NCBI GenBank assembly: GCA_963843375.1
Contig: CAWJKT010000011.1
Location: forward strand, 96,001-160,000
DNA from: an uncultured Pseudomonadota bacterium
GTDB lineage: Bacteria; Oederibacteriota; Muellerivitia; Muellerivitales; Muellerivitaceae
DNA length: 64,000 nt
Reading direction: 5' to 3'
A program made the position numbers and the translations under genes. Positions 28,742-39,817 of this stretch are shown here, one piece after another. The notes below the pieces were generated by a model. It was not told where the DNA came from, made no database searches, and was given only the letters and a program-made list of their open reading frames with translations. How positions within the stretch are numbered: position 1 is the stretch's first letter; every line of letters begins with the position of its first letter.

Positions 28742-30178
28742 TTAACTCGATCCTCGATCATTCCAACCTAACTCAAAAGATGAAAGCAACATCGCCATGG
28801 AAAAGACCGAAAGAGTAACCGTTGGATACAAAAACCGGAAGTCACTTCCGGTTGCACAAAGAAAGTAGGCACACCCGTAAAAAAGAGCTGATAGAGCGCT
28901 ATAAACTGAAATTTCGCTAAAAATGGTCCCCCGGAAGCGGTTAAACGACGCGAGGAAAATTACTCCTATCGATAAAAGAAAGTAGAACCACCCTTTGAAA
29001 AGAAAGGAGTTTCCGAAAAACCAAAAGTAATATTTTAATGAAACCCTTAATTTGGCGATGCCTTGTTCTTTTAAACCAAAGGGGTTGGGGTTGACCGCCA
29101 GTTGGAAGGGGTAATAAGTTTCGGTTTGTCCAATCCGAATCAGGCCGTTAAAAACCGCCCATCTGTGCTGGAAATAGGCGGTGGGAAAATGGAAGATGGC
29201 TTCCTTCCATTTAGCTTGAAGTTCATCTAACTGTGAAAGATCCGTTGTGGGTCGTACAAGATCGTTTCTAAAAAGGCCCGTCCATAAAAGATTGAGATTA
29301 GTGGGGTCGTAATTTTCGCGCAATAATTCCGGAGTCAGATCCGGATTCATTTTTTTCCAGTAGTCTGGAATCAGCCCCTCGTCCCCGGTCCGGACAAAAA
29401 TCCCCACAATGTCGTGAATTTTAATCGCCTGTTCTACATGGGTCTTTTGGGCTTTCAGAAAACCGTAGACGAAAAGATGCACCGCGATGAGACTGGTGCC
29501 GATGATGAGAGAAGTTCTCATCAGAGAGGGAAGAAAAGATTTTCCACCTTCCTTTCTTGTTGCTACATACCATGCCAAAGGCAATAAGGCAGGCAGAGAA
29601 TTGAAACGGATGGCCGTGCAATAAAAAAATAATAAAGCGGCCACTGAAAACAAAACATAATCGAAAGCCGCCAGATTCTTTTTCTGCCATGGTTTTTCAA
29701 GCCCGATGCGAAAGGCGAATAAGTATGCCCCCAACAAGCCAATCGAAAGCTCCGTGTCTTTCCAAAGAACAACGGATTGGGACCAAAGGGGTGGTAGGGC
29801 CGCCAGGCTTAATGCCACCAGCTTCCATTTCAAGTTTTTGAAAGTCATTAGGGAAAGAAGGCACCAAAAAAACCAATAAAGAATGTTGTTTAAAATGAAG
29901 AGGGAACCGGGGCAGTGAGTAACCGAAAGCAAGAAACGCCAAAGGGCCGCCATGATAGGCGGATGTAAATCGGAAAAATGTCCTGAAAGAGCCTGTGAGT
30001 ATTGGTAAAGGGTGTCAGTCGACATCTCACCTGGGTAAAAAGCGAAAATCGTTAAGAGGAAGAAGAGGATTGATAAAATGATGAGGAACTGGTTTTCCCA
30101 CGCAAAGACCCAAGAATTAAACCATGGCTTTATTGAGGCCTTTGTCCGGTTAAGGGGCAAGGTCATTTGTTGCTTCAT
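28742..30178 (-). CDS. Polytopic membrane protein, GT-C/DUF6020-like putative glycosyltransferase
   Basis: FYPGEMSTDT, DLHPP, LWKD, IRFN and DFRFLYP motifs with ~11 TMs; family assignment is from recall only. Confidence 0.6.
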   Translation of the reverse strand: MKQQMTLPLNRTKASIKPWFNSWVFAWENQFLIILSILFFLLTIFAFYPGEMSTDTLYQYSQALSGHFSDLHPPIMAALWRFLLSVTHCPGSLFILNNILYWFFWCLLSLMTFKNLKWKLVALSLAALPPLWSQSVVLWKDTELSIGLLGAYLFAFRIGLEKPWQKKNLAAFDYVLFSVAALLFFYCTAIRFNSLPALLPLAWYVATRKEGGKSFLPSLMRTSLIIGTSLIAVHLFVYGFLKAQKTHVEQAIKIHDIVGIFVRTGDEGLIPDYWKKMNPDLTPELLRENYDPTNLNLLWTGLFRNDLVRPTTDLSQLDELQAKWKEAIFHFPTAYFQHRWAVFNGLIRIGQTETYYPFQLAVNPNPFGLKEQGIAKLRVSLKYYFWFFGNSFLFKGWFYFLLSIGVIFLASFNRFRGTIFSEISVYSALSALFYGCAYFLCATGSDFRFLYPTVTLSVFSMAMLLSSFELGWNDRGSS

Positions 30179-30401
30179 CTAATTTTTTACTCCCCTCATT
30201 CCCCAAAAAATCATTCCTTCACCCGATCGAACGATGCTTTATTATACTTAAATGGAAATTCAATCCGGGGATTTCAGGCTTGGAGCGCAATCAAAATTGA
30301 TCGTTATCGTTTCCAGGCGGTTTTAAGCCTATGTGGTTTAACGGCATCTCTTCGCTCAAGCCGCAGGTCCCCTGTGACGTGTCCCGGAGTTAGGAGTAAA
30401 A

Positions 30402-33035
30402 ATGCTATCCGCCACTGATCCTGAATCCCAACGCCTCAACCTTTTCGTCAAAGGCAACCATCCCTGGAAAAAATGGGGGCCCTACCTTTCGGAACGGCAA
30501 TGGGGCACGGTAAGAGAGGATTATTCCCCCAACGGCACTTGCTGGGACTATTTCCCACATGATCAGGCCCGAAGCCGGGCCTATCGCTGGGGAGAGGACG
30601 GTCTGCTGGGATTGTCAGATACCAAGGGATTGGTTTGTTTCGCCACCGCCCTTTGGAATGGAAAGGACCCCATCCTTAAAGAACGTCTATTCGGCCTGAA
30701 TGGAGAAGAGGGTAACCATGGGGAGGATGTGAAAGAGTCCTATTTTTACCTCTCCGCTTCGCCTACCCATTCCTATATGAAAGCCCTCTATAAATATCCA
30801 CAGGCGGAATTTCCTTACGCTTGGTTGGTAGAAGAAAACCGAAGAAGGGGCAAAAAGGACCCGGAATTCGAACTAGCCGACACGGGAGTTTTCAACGAAA
30901 ACCGTTACTTCGATTTTTTCGTGGAATACGCCAAGGCTTCGCCCGACGACATCTTGATCCGTTTGACTGCAGTGAATCGGGGGCCTGAAACTGTCTCTTT
31001 ACAGGTGCTTCCAACTCTGTGGTTTCGCAACACATGGGATTGGGGTCGAACCCAAGAAGACTATTGGCCTAAATCGGTCATTCAAAAAGGTAAGGACGGA
31101 ATTTCTCTCCAGCACCCGGCCTTAGGGTCTTTGTTCCTCAAAGCCGAAGGTAAACCCGAAATTTTATTCACCGAGAACGAGACCAATTTCGAGAGGATAT
31201 TCCAATCAAAAAACAAATCACCTTATGTAAAAGACGCTTTTCATGAGGCTTTGATAAAGGGAAAACAAGGGATTGTCCATTCCAGCCAAGGAACTAAAGC
31301 GGCTTTTAGTTACAAACTCAACCTGTCACCGAAGGGACAACAAGTTTTACGGCTTCGACTTAGTGACCAAGATATTCCCCAAGCTTTCGGGTCCGATTTC
31401 GACCGAGTCTTCGAGGATAGGATCAACGAAACCAAGGCCTATTACGACCTAAAGATACCCAAGGGACTTTCCGGGGAGGAAAGGGTTGTGGCGGAGCAGG
31501 CCTACGCGGGGCTTTTATGGTCCAAACAATATTACTATTACCAAGTGGATGAATGGCTGGAGGGCGATCCCACACAGCCGCCGGTGGACGAAAACCGAAA
31601 AAAAAATCGCAACCATGACTGGCGCCATTTCGGGGCGGAGGACGTCCTTTCTATGCCCGACAATTGGGAGTATCCCTGGTTCGCAGCCTGGGACCTGGCC
31701 TTTCATACTATTCCTTTCGCGCGGCTGGACCCCTTTTTCGCCAAGCATCAGCTCATCCTTCTATTGCGAGAATGGTATATGCATCCCAACGGCCAGATCC
31801 CGGCCTACGAATTCGCCTTTTCGGACGTCAACCCGCCCCTACACGCCTGGGCCGCTTGGCGGGTCTATAAGATCAGCGCTCCCAAGGGACAAAGGGACCG
31901 GATGTTCCTTTCCCGGGTCTTCCAAAAGCTCCTTCTCAACTTCACCTGGTGGGTCAACCGGAAGGACGCGGAGGGAAATAACCTTTTTTCAGGCGGATTC
32001 TTGGGATTGGACAATATTGGAGTCTTTGACCGGGGGCAGTTGAAACCGGGAACGCTTTTGGAACAGGCCGACGGCACGGCCTGGATGGCCTTTTATTGCG
32101 GCACCCTCCTTTCCATGGCCTTGGAACTTTCCCTGGAGAACCCCGCCACGGAGGATATGGCGACCAAGTTTTTCGAGCATTTCCTTTCCATCGTCAACGC
32201 CATGAACAACTTGGGCGGAAGCGGATTATGGGATGAGGCTGACGGCTTTTACTATGACCAGATACACTGCAACGGCTCTGTAATTCCCCTCAAAATCCGT
32301 TCGGCAGTGGGAATCATCCCGCTTTTCGCCGTGGAAATCCTCAGCGAAGAAACCCTGGAAAAACTGCCGGAATTTTACAAACGCATGAAGTGGTTTATGC
32401 AGCACAAACCCAAGGAAGCTGCCTCGATCTTGAGGCGGGACGAAGGTGAGGTTGGAAAGGGCTGTTACCTGCTGGCGGTTCTTTCGAAGGAAAGGCTGCT
32501 CAAGGTTCTTAAGTATGTCCTGGACGAGAATGAGTTTTTATCTCCCTTCGGCATCCGGGCTCTTTCTAAATTTCATCGGGACCACCCTTATGTTTTAGAT
32601 TTGGACGGCGAGCAGAGCCGCATTGGCTACGAAGCGGGGGAATCTCAGTGCGGTATCTTTGGGGGTAATTCCAATTGGCGCGGCCCGGTTTGGATGCCGA
32701 TCAATTTCCTCTTGGTGGAATCGTTGGAACGGTATCATCACTTTTATGGGAACGATCTCAAGGTGGAATGCCCAACGGGTTCAGGCCATTGGATGAATTT
32801 GGGGGAGGTAGCCCAATTCCTGGGAAGACGATTAAACCTTCTTTTCCTGCCGGACGAAAAGGGGAACCGTCCCAGCCATGGGGGCGAACCTCGATTCGCC
32901 AATGATTCGGATTGGAAGGAACTGATCCTCTTTTACGAGTTTTTCGATGGGGACAACGGCAAAGGCCTGGGTGCCAGCCACCAAACGGGCTGGACTTCCC
33001 TGATTGCCAAATTATTGGAGAGTTATCCTATGTAA
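30402..33035 (+). CDS. MGH1-like glycoside hydrolase (GH63) glucosidase
   Basis: WGPYLSERQWGTVREDYS, MPDNWEYPWFAAWDLAFH, GGNSNWRGPVW, GLGASHQTGWT. Confidence 0.93.
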   Translation: MLSATDPESQRLNLFVKGNHPWKKWGPYLSERQWGTVREDYSPNGTCWDYFPHDQARSRAYRWGEDGLLGLSDTKGLVCFATALWNGKDPILKERLFGLNGEEGNHGEDVKESYFYLSASPTHSYMKALYKYPQAEFPYAWLVEENRRRGKKDPEFELADTGVFNENRYFDFFVEYAKASPDDILIRLTAVNRGPETVSLQVLPTLWFRNTWDWGRTQEDYWPKSVIQKGKDGISLQHPALGSLFLKAEGKPEILFTENETNFERIFQSKNKSPYVKDAFHEALIKGKQGIVHSSQGTKAAFSYKLNLSPKGQQVLRLRLSDQDIPQAFGSDFDRVFEDRINETKAYYDLKIPKGLSGEERVVAEQAYAGLLWSKQYYYYQVDEWLEGDPTQPPVDENRKKNRNHDWRHFGAEDVLSMPDNWEYPWFAAWDLAFHTIPFARLDPFFAKHQLILLLREWYMHPNGQIPAYEFAFSDVNPPLHAWAAWRVYKISAPKGQRDRMFLSRVFQKLLLNFTWWVNRKDAEGNNLFSGGFLGLDNIGVFDRGQLKPGTLLEQADGTAWMAFYCGTLLSMALELSLENPATEDMATKFFEHFLSIVNAMNNLGGSGLWDEADGFYYDQIHCNGSVIPLKIRSAVGIIPLFAVEILSEETLEKLPEFYKRMKWFMQHKPKEAASILRRDEGEVGKGCYLLAVLSKERLLKVLKYVLDENEFLSPFGIRALSKFHRDHPYVLDLDGEQSRIGYEAGESQCGIFGGNSNWRGPVWMPINFLLVESLERYHHFYGNDLKVECPTGSGHWMNLGEVAQFLGRRLNLLFLPDEKGNRPSHGGEPRFANDSDWKELILFYEFFDGDNGKGLGASHQTGWTSLIAKLLESYPM

Positions 33036-33101
33036 CAAGATTCGCTTAAATCAAAAATTACTTGTTCATGAATTATTTTTCGAAATTCTCAAAGGATCGG
33101 T

Positions 33102-33782
33102 ATGAAACCTAAGGCCACGCCTTGGAATGATTGGTGGAAACCGGTTCTACTACTGGTACTCTTAACGATCTTGTTTGTGGCGGCACAATTGTTTCACTTT
33201 GGGTATCAATTAAAGGCCTTGGGGGTGTGGATTAAGTCATTGGGAGCGTGGGGCCCAATCATATTCATTCTTATATACACCGCGGCAGTTGTGGCCATTT
33301 TACCCGTTTCCTTGTTCGCGTTTATGTCGGGAATCTTGTTTGGAACGTTAGAAGGATCGGTGGTGGCCAATATTGGAGCCACCCTGGGGGCTTGTCTCGC
33401 TTTTCTAACCGGCCGTTATTTCGCCCGCGAAGCGGTGAACCACTTTCTAGGGAAATACGAAAAGTTTAGGGAATTAGATCAATGGACAGCTTCCAAAGGG
33501 GCCTTGATTGTCGCCGTAAATCGCTTGTTTCCGCTTTTGCCTTTTAACCTGGTTAATTACGCTTTTGGTTTGACCAAAATTGACTTTTGGCCCTATGCCT
33601 TTTGGTCCTGGATATGCATGATTCCCGCCATCATTGTGTATGTGGCCGGCGGCGATGCTGTGCGCCAGGGAATGTCCGAAGGAAGAATTCCTTGGAACTT
33701 GGTTATTGTGGTGGGGGTCATTGTCGTTTTTTTACTGCTTGTTGCCCTTTTTTTAAAACGAAAGAACCCGAAAATTTATTGA
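33102..33782 (+). CDS. TVP38/TMEM64 (DedA/VTT) family membrane protein
   Basis: GATLGACLAFLTGRYFAR and RLFPLLPFNLVNYAFGLT motifs. Confidence 0.92.
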   Translation: MKPKATPWNDWWKPVLLLVLLTILFVAAQLFHFGYQLKALGVWIKSLGAWGPIIFILIYTAAVVAILPVSLFAFMSGILFGTLEGSVVANIGATLGACLAFLTGRYFAREAVNHFLGKYEKFRELDQWTASKGALIVAVNRLFPLLPFNLVNYAFGLTKIDFWPYAFWSWICMIPAIIVYVAGGDAVRQGMSEGRIPWNLVIVVGVIVVFLLLVALFLKRKNPKIY

Positions 33783-33825
33783 TGGAAAAACTGTTATCGC
33801 ATTTTTAAATGGTAAAGGCTTCCCC

Positions 33826-35948
33826 ATGAACTTGTCGGCCCGTTATCGTTCGGCCCCCTTTTTTTTCACCCTATTGTTCCTGACCCATTGTTTGGCATCC
33901 CTTTCCGTTTTTTCCATCCCCACCCGACAATGGATTTGGATCGGAGGAACCCTAACGGCGTTTTTCTGGATGATACGAAAGGGAAATGAATATGTTGAAA
34001 GTCTTTTCGATTCAGAATTAAAAGAAAAAGGTTTTTATCCTCCCTGGGTTTGGGCCCTTTTAATCACGGCGGGTTTATTCCTTCGCTCCTTAAGATTTTG
34101 GGCCTTTCCCCATTGGCCTTTATTGGATGAGGCTTCGATTATTCAAGGAGCTTCTGGAGGTGAACCGGCATTGGGATTGGAAATTTTTCTATACCGAAGG
34201 ACAAATTCCGCCGGTTTTGATTTGGGCCACTGGGTTTCTTATGAAAATTTCTAGTAATTCTTTTTTAGCGCTCCTATTCCCGGCCTTTCTCATTTCCTGT
34301 CTCACCCTAATCATGGGTTTTTGGGCCTCCCGCCGTTTTTTACCCGAAAACCTGGCCTTTCTTTCAACCGCATTCCTGGCTTTGGCTTATTGGCCAATCT
34401 ATTTGCAGGGATTGTCCCTCCAAGCCATCTGTTTGCCCGCTTGGGAGATAGGGGTTTTTTTTCTTCTGGCTGAAACGCTTAAAAAAAGCCAGAAGAAATC
34501 GAGTTGTCCCCTTTTCTTCGTTTTTGGAGCTTGGGTCGGTCTAGGTTATTGGACCTATACTTCCTGGCCGGTGGTGGCGGTGACCGGGCTATCTATCCTA
34601 TTGATCGTCACCCTGCGAAAAGAATGGGACAATCGAATCCTCCTTTTTTTGGTAGCGGGCCTATTCACGACAGGGTTTTATTTTGGAATCGCAGTCTTCC
34701 AAAGTGGTGGTTATGGGACACACTTGATTGGTTATTCGATCTTCCATGGTTGGCTTCGTGGAAACCAGGCTTTGTTTTCGGGGTTGGATTATGTGAACTG
34801 CCTTTTTTGGGGTTGCTCGTCCGGGGGAAGTTATGTCCCCGGTCAAGGTGGATTTTTAAATCCATTGATGGCTGCGCTATTCTGGATGGGAATTTGGGAA
34901 ATTTTCGGGGAAACAAGGCCTCCCGCGATTGGTTCGTTGGATAGGCCCCATCTTTATTCTTTTCCTTCTTCCGGGATTACTTTCTCAGAACCTCCAAGGA
35001 CTGAGAATCATCCAGGTTATTCCCCTGGCTTTGGGATTATCCGCGTTGGGAGCATGCCGTTTCCTCTTAAGCCTTCCCGTCCAAAAACGCCAGCTTTATT
35101 TAGGTTTCCTTCTTGTGGCTATTTTCGTTTGGGACGCGACCCGGTTGAAGACGACCATGGAGACTTTGGAGGACCAAACTTCCCAAATTCGCATGGTTTA
35201 TGGGGTTTTGGAAAAAATCGCTCGAGACCAGGGACCGGGGATAATCCTGACACAATTCAAGGTCCAAAACCATCCACTACAAGGTCTCACCGTCCATCCC
35301 GAAGAAAATTTGGCGGGAGCTGTATTCCCTTTTAACTCGGCCGAAAATGAAAAACTGGATTTTCAACTTTCCCGATGGGCAATCCTTTTAATTCATCCTG
35401 ACGAGGTCCCTTTCCTCCGTGGGGACCTTCCGGGGGCCCAATGGTGGAGACTTCCCGCGTCATCCGGCGGGGATGAAGAATTAACCGTTGGATTGATTCC
35501 CGTCGTCCAAAGGGAGAGAAGCCGCATGGAAAAATGGGTGGAAGCGGATCGATGGCTTCAAGAAGGAGATTGGAAATTTCTTGATGTCGCCAATGCCAAA
35601 AGCTACCAGGAAGCAATCCAATACTGGTTGCATCCGCCTTCATTCATGGCGGAGGACCGATTTCTCCAGGCCTGTTATTGGGAACGCCTGTCGGAATTTT
35701 ATTATTACCGCGGTTTTGAAACCCATTATGACCTTCAGGTGGACGCCTTGAAAAGGGCATTAACGGAAGGTTATCCAGCGACCCATTTGTATTACGATTT
35801 AGGATGCCTCTTGATGCGCAAGAAAAATTATCCGGAGTCAAGAAGAGTTTTGGAAACCGCCTTGCGTTCGGATCCCTATAATCCCGATCTGGAAAATGCC
35901 CTGAGACTTCTGGGGGCAATGGATAAACAAAAATCATCCCATTCTTAA
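33826..35948 (+). CDS. GT-C fold (ArnT/PMT-like) glycosyltransferase paralog with TPR-like tail; two apparent frameshifts (~34152, ~34906)
   Basis: WPLLDE motif in ORF 33826; RHWDWKFFYTEGQIPP and GGFLNP in ORF 34127; DRFLQACYW...GYPATHLYYDLG in ORF 34929; collinear with the paralogs at 14412 and 40651. Confidence 0.78.
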
Positions 35949-35983
35949 GAAACTAGAGGATTTTTGCTTTATAATGCCGCCCT

Positions 35984-36667
35984 ATGAAAAAGTCATATCG
36001 ATTATTTTTCGCAATCGCGCTGACCTTTGGCCTCGGATCAAAAGTTTTTCCGCAGGTCCAAGCCGAAGATGAAGACTTGCGTTTCCATACCGTGGAAGCC
36101 AAAGGTATGGTGACGGCTTACCATGACGAAAACGACGAGACTTCCCGTCTCTACCAAAGTCAGACTTTGGATGACGGGGACAAGGTTGTCACCGGACCCG
36201 ACAGTGACGCGGTCTTAAGGCTCAAGGGAAAGGTCTATCTTTACCTGGCGCCCCGCACGAAAATCCGAATCACACGTCTTCGCGGAGGGGATAAGGGATT
36301 TCAATGCGAAATTAATCTGGTAACGGGGCGGATGTTTTGCCAATTGGACCAAACCCCCACATGGTCTTTCGGGGTTTCGGCGGGAAGTGTTTTGTGCCAT
36401 GCTCATGGCACTTTGTTCGAATTTGTACGAAAAGAAGAGGCATTGAAGATCGTTTCCTATGAAGGGGCGGTCGTGGCCGATTTCCACGGTCAGACCAAAA
36501 TGACGAAAACCAATGAAGTCATCCAGTTGGATCATGGCAAATTCCGTTACCGCAACCACCATCTCAGGATCGACGAGCAGGGCGACCTGCAAGCCTGGCA
36601 GGTCCTTTTATCAAAACTGGAAGAAAAAGCGCCCACGCCAGGCCTTAATCTTTTTTTGCGGGCTTAA
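35984..36667 (+). CDS. Exported FecR-domain protein
   Basis: Signal peptide; LDDGDKVVTGPDS, LAPRTKIRI, LVTG and HGTLFE FecR-like strands. Confidence 0.75.
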   Translation: MKKSYRLFFAIALTFGLGSKVFPQVQAEDEDLRFHTVEAKGMVTAYHDENDETSRLYQSQTLDDGDKVVTGPDSDAVLRLKGKVYLYLAPRTKIRITRLRGGDKGFQCEINLVTGRMFCQLDQTPTWSFGVSAGSVLCHAHGTLFEFVRKEEALKIVSYEGAVVADFHGQTKMTKTNEVIQLDHGKFRYRNHHLRIDEQGDLQAWQVLLSKLEEKAPTPGLNLFLRA

Positions 36668-36738
36668 TCCTCCTTGACTCTCCCCTCAAATCATCCGAAA
36701 ATTGCCCTCCTTAATTCGACCCAGGAGACTCGAGACAA

Positions 36739-38410
36739 ATGATTTCGGCTAAAGATGTTACCCTTCGTTTCGGAAAAAAAACCCTCTTCGACCACGTCAC
36801 GGTCAAATTCAACCCGGGCTATTGCTATGGCCTCATCGGCGCCAATGGGGCAGGCAAATCCACCTTCATGAAGATTCTGGCGGGCCAGATCAAACCGGAC
36901 GACGGTGAGATCGCTGTGGATCGGGGCGTGAAAGTGGCCATGCTCAAACAGGACCAATATGCCTATGATGAGTTCAGCGTTTTGGACACGGTTCTCATGG
37001 GTCGGGAAGACCTTTGGAAGATCCAGCAGGAAAAAGATGCTCTTTACGCCAAACCCAATATGACCCATGACGAGGGAATTCGAGCCGCCGAACTGGAATC
37101 CCATTTCGGGGATATGGACGGCTACGCTCTGACGGCCGGGGCCGGGGAACTTACTGGAAGGCCTGGGAGTCGAAACCGAAAAGCATGATTGGAAAATGAA
37201 ACAACTTACCGGCGGCTGGAAAGTCCGGGTCCTTTTGGCCCAGGTTCTTTACGCCAAGCCCGATGTGCTTTTGTTGGACGAGCCCACCAACAATCTGGAT
37301 ATCCGCACCATCGATTGGCTGGAAGACTACCTGAATTCTTATGACGGAACCATCATCGTCATATCCCATGACCGGCATTTCCTGAACCACATCTGCACCC
37401 ATATCGCCGACGTGGATCGGGAAAAGGTCACGGTTTATTCGGGCAATTATGATTTCTTCGTAATGGCTTCCAAGCAGACTCTCGACAGCAAAATGACTGA
37501 AAATGCCCGCAAGGAAAAACAAATCGCCGAACTCAAAGCTTTCGTCGCCCGTTTTTCCGCCAATGCCTCCAAGAGCGCTCAGGCCACCAGCCGGGCTCGG
37601 CTTTTGGAGAAGATTGAACTGGAAACAATCATCCAATCCTCCCGGCAGTATCCCCGGCTTTTCTTCAAGGAAAAGCAGCCGGCCGGAAAAGACATACTGA
37701 ACATCAAGAGCATCAGTAAGTCCTATGGCGACCTGAAGGTTCTCAAGAAGATCACCTTCATCGTGGGTAATGGCGACAAGATCGCCATCATCGGTTCCAA
37801 CGGTATCGGGAAAACCACCTTGATCAAATGTTTGGTGGGAGCCTACAAAGCCGAGGGTTCGAATCTGGCCGAGTGGGGCCTGAAGATCGACGAGGGGCAG
37901 GTAATTTGGGGAAGCACGGTCAAGCTTTCTAGCATGCCGCAAGATGTCAAGGAAGAGTTGACCCGCGACATGACGGCGCTGGAATGGCTTCGTCAGTTTT
38001 CCCCGCTGGAAGAAGGCCAGGTCATCCGGGGAATGCTGGGGCGCATGCTCTTCACGGGCGAGGAGCAGGATAAGAATGTGAAGGTTCTTTCGGGTGGAGA
38101 ATGCCAGCGCATGGTGTTATCCCGGTTGATGCTGGAAGGCGGAAACGTGCTCATTTTAGACGAGCCTACCAACCATATGGATTTGGAATCCATTGAATCC
38201 TTAAGTACCGCGCTGGCCGAATATACGGGTACCATAATCTTTTCTTCACACGACCAGGATTTGATCGGTAAAGTTGCCAACCGTATATTGGAATTGAAGC
38301 CTGACGGAACTTACGCGGACTTCAAGGGAACTTACGCGGACTATGTGGAATGGACGCTCTTGGAAGCCAAAAGGGCAAAGGAAGCCGCAAAAAGCGGATC
38401 TAAAAAATAG
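36739..38410 (+). CDS. ybiT: ABC-F family ATPase (YbiT-like); one apparent frameshift (~37150)
   Basis: [43 protein letters not shown], a second Walker [10 protein letters not shown] and LSGGE; frames join as [29 protein letters not shown]. Confidence 0.88.
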
Positions 38411-38474
38411 TTTTTGTCCTTATGCCCGGGCTTATAATGCATTGTCTTAAAGAATGGGAAGGTAAGGAGTTTCT

Positions 38475-38786
38475 ATGGCGGATAACGATTGGCAGGCCAG
38501 AATAAAAACGGGACGTAATGACGAGTGTCCCTGCGGCTCAGGAAAAAAATACAAAAAGTGCCACCTACAGGCGGACGAAAAGGCTCAAAGCGCGGCCCTT
38601 TCCAAGGTGAACGCTGATGCGGCCGCCAAGGTTAAGGCCGAGGAGCATGACCACGATCATGAACACCCTCACGACCATCCTCATGACCATATCCACAAGC
38701 ATGAAAAGGGAGGACCCGCCCGGCCGCATACTTCCACGAATACCGCCCGGCAGATAAGCGCTCCCCGGAAAACAGGCGTCGGTTAA
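38475..38786 (+). CDS. SEC-C metal-binding motif protein with His-rich tract
   Basis: [18 protein letters not shown] followed by [19 protein letters not shown]. Confidence 0.9.
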   Translation: MADNDWQARIKTGRNDECPCGSGKKYKKCHLQADEKAQSAALSKVNADAAAKVKAEEHDHDHEHPHDHPHDHIHKHEKGGPARPHTSTNTARQISAPRKTGVG

Positions 38787-38853
38787 TTTTACGGGGCAGT
38801 ACTCCGGGCTGCCGTTTTGAACATATGAATTTATTTCATCCAAGGAGTTACAG

Positions 38854-39243
38854 GTGGCTAAAAGGGAAAATATCAGCACCGGATCCAAGTGGGAACCCGT
38901 TTTGGGATATTCCCGAGCGGTGAAAGTTGGTTCCTATATCCATGTCTCCGGCACGACCGGCGGCGGGCCCGATGGAAAAATTGTTGGGGTGGGCGATCCC
39001 TATGTCCAGACAGTCCAAGCTTTGAAAAATCTCCAGGCTGGCCTGCAAAAGGCGGGAGCAGACTTTAAGAACGTCGTGCGAACCCGTTTATTCGTCACAA
39101 AGATCAACGAGTGGGAGAAGTTTGGCAAGGCTCACGGCGAAATTTTTGGCGAAATCCGTCCCGCGATGACCATCGTGGAAGTCTCCAAGTTGATTGACCC
39201 GGACATGCTGATCGAGATTGAGGCCGACGCTTACCTCGACTAA
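38854..39243 (+). CDS. RidA/YjgF/UK114 family protein
   Basis: [37 protein letters not shown]. Confidence 0.92.
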   Translation: MAKRENISTGSKWEPVLGYSRAVKVGSYIHVSGTTGGGPDGKIVGVGDPYVQTVQALKNLQAGLQKAGADFKNVVRTRLFVTKINEWEKFGKAHGEIFGEIRPAMTIVEVSKLIDPDMLIEIEADAYLD

Positions 39244-39266
39244 GAATTAAACGCCTTACAGGAGTT

Positions 39267-39776
39267 GTGGGAATGAATGCCCCTCTCACCCCCCCGTGGC
39301 GGTTCCGCCCCTACCAGACTTCCGATAAGGAAGCCTGTATTAAGGTTTTTGAAAGCAATACACCCAAATATTTTCTGCCCGTCGAGAAAGAAAAATTTTC
39401 AGCCTACCTCGAGGAGTTCCCTCGTGATTATCTTTTAGTGGAAGACGACGGCCGCCAAATCATCGCTGGAGGCGGTTACATCCTAGGACTGGATGGCGGG
39501 GCGGCCACCCTCTGTTGGGGCATGGTTCACAAGGATTGGCACGGTCTTGGCATCGGCCAATTTATGTTGTGGAACCGCCTTTCCAAGCTGGCCCAAATCC
39601 CCAAGATGAAGCTCATCCGGCTGGACGCCACCCAGCACAGCGTTGAATTTTTCATGAAGAAGGGTTTTAAAACTTACCGCATCACCCAAAATTATTATGG
39701 TCCCGGTCTGCACCGCTACGAAATGTACATGATTTTGGACGATGAAAAAATCCGAGAGATTTTGACGGCAAAATAA
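39267..39776 (+). CDS. GNAT family N-acetyltransferase
   Basis: GMVHKDWHGLGIG acetyl-CoA motif and FFMKKGF. Confidence 0.88.
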   Translation: MGMNAPLTPPWRFRPYQTSDKEACIKVFESNTPKYFLPVEKEKFSAYLEEFPRDYLLVEDDGRQIIAGGGYILGLDGGAATLCWGMVHKDWHGLGIGQFMLWNRLSKLAQIPKMKLIRLDATQHSVEFFMKKGFKTYRITQNYYGPGLHRYEMYMILDDEKIREILTAK

Positions 39777-39817
39777 AGGCTCAAACCTTTGTTGTTTCGA
39801 CGGTAAAAAAAGTTTTT

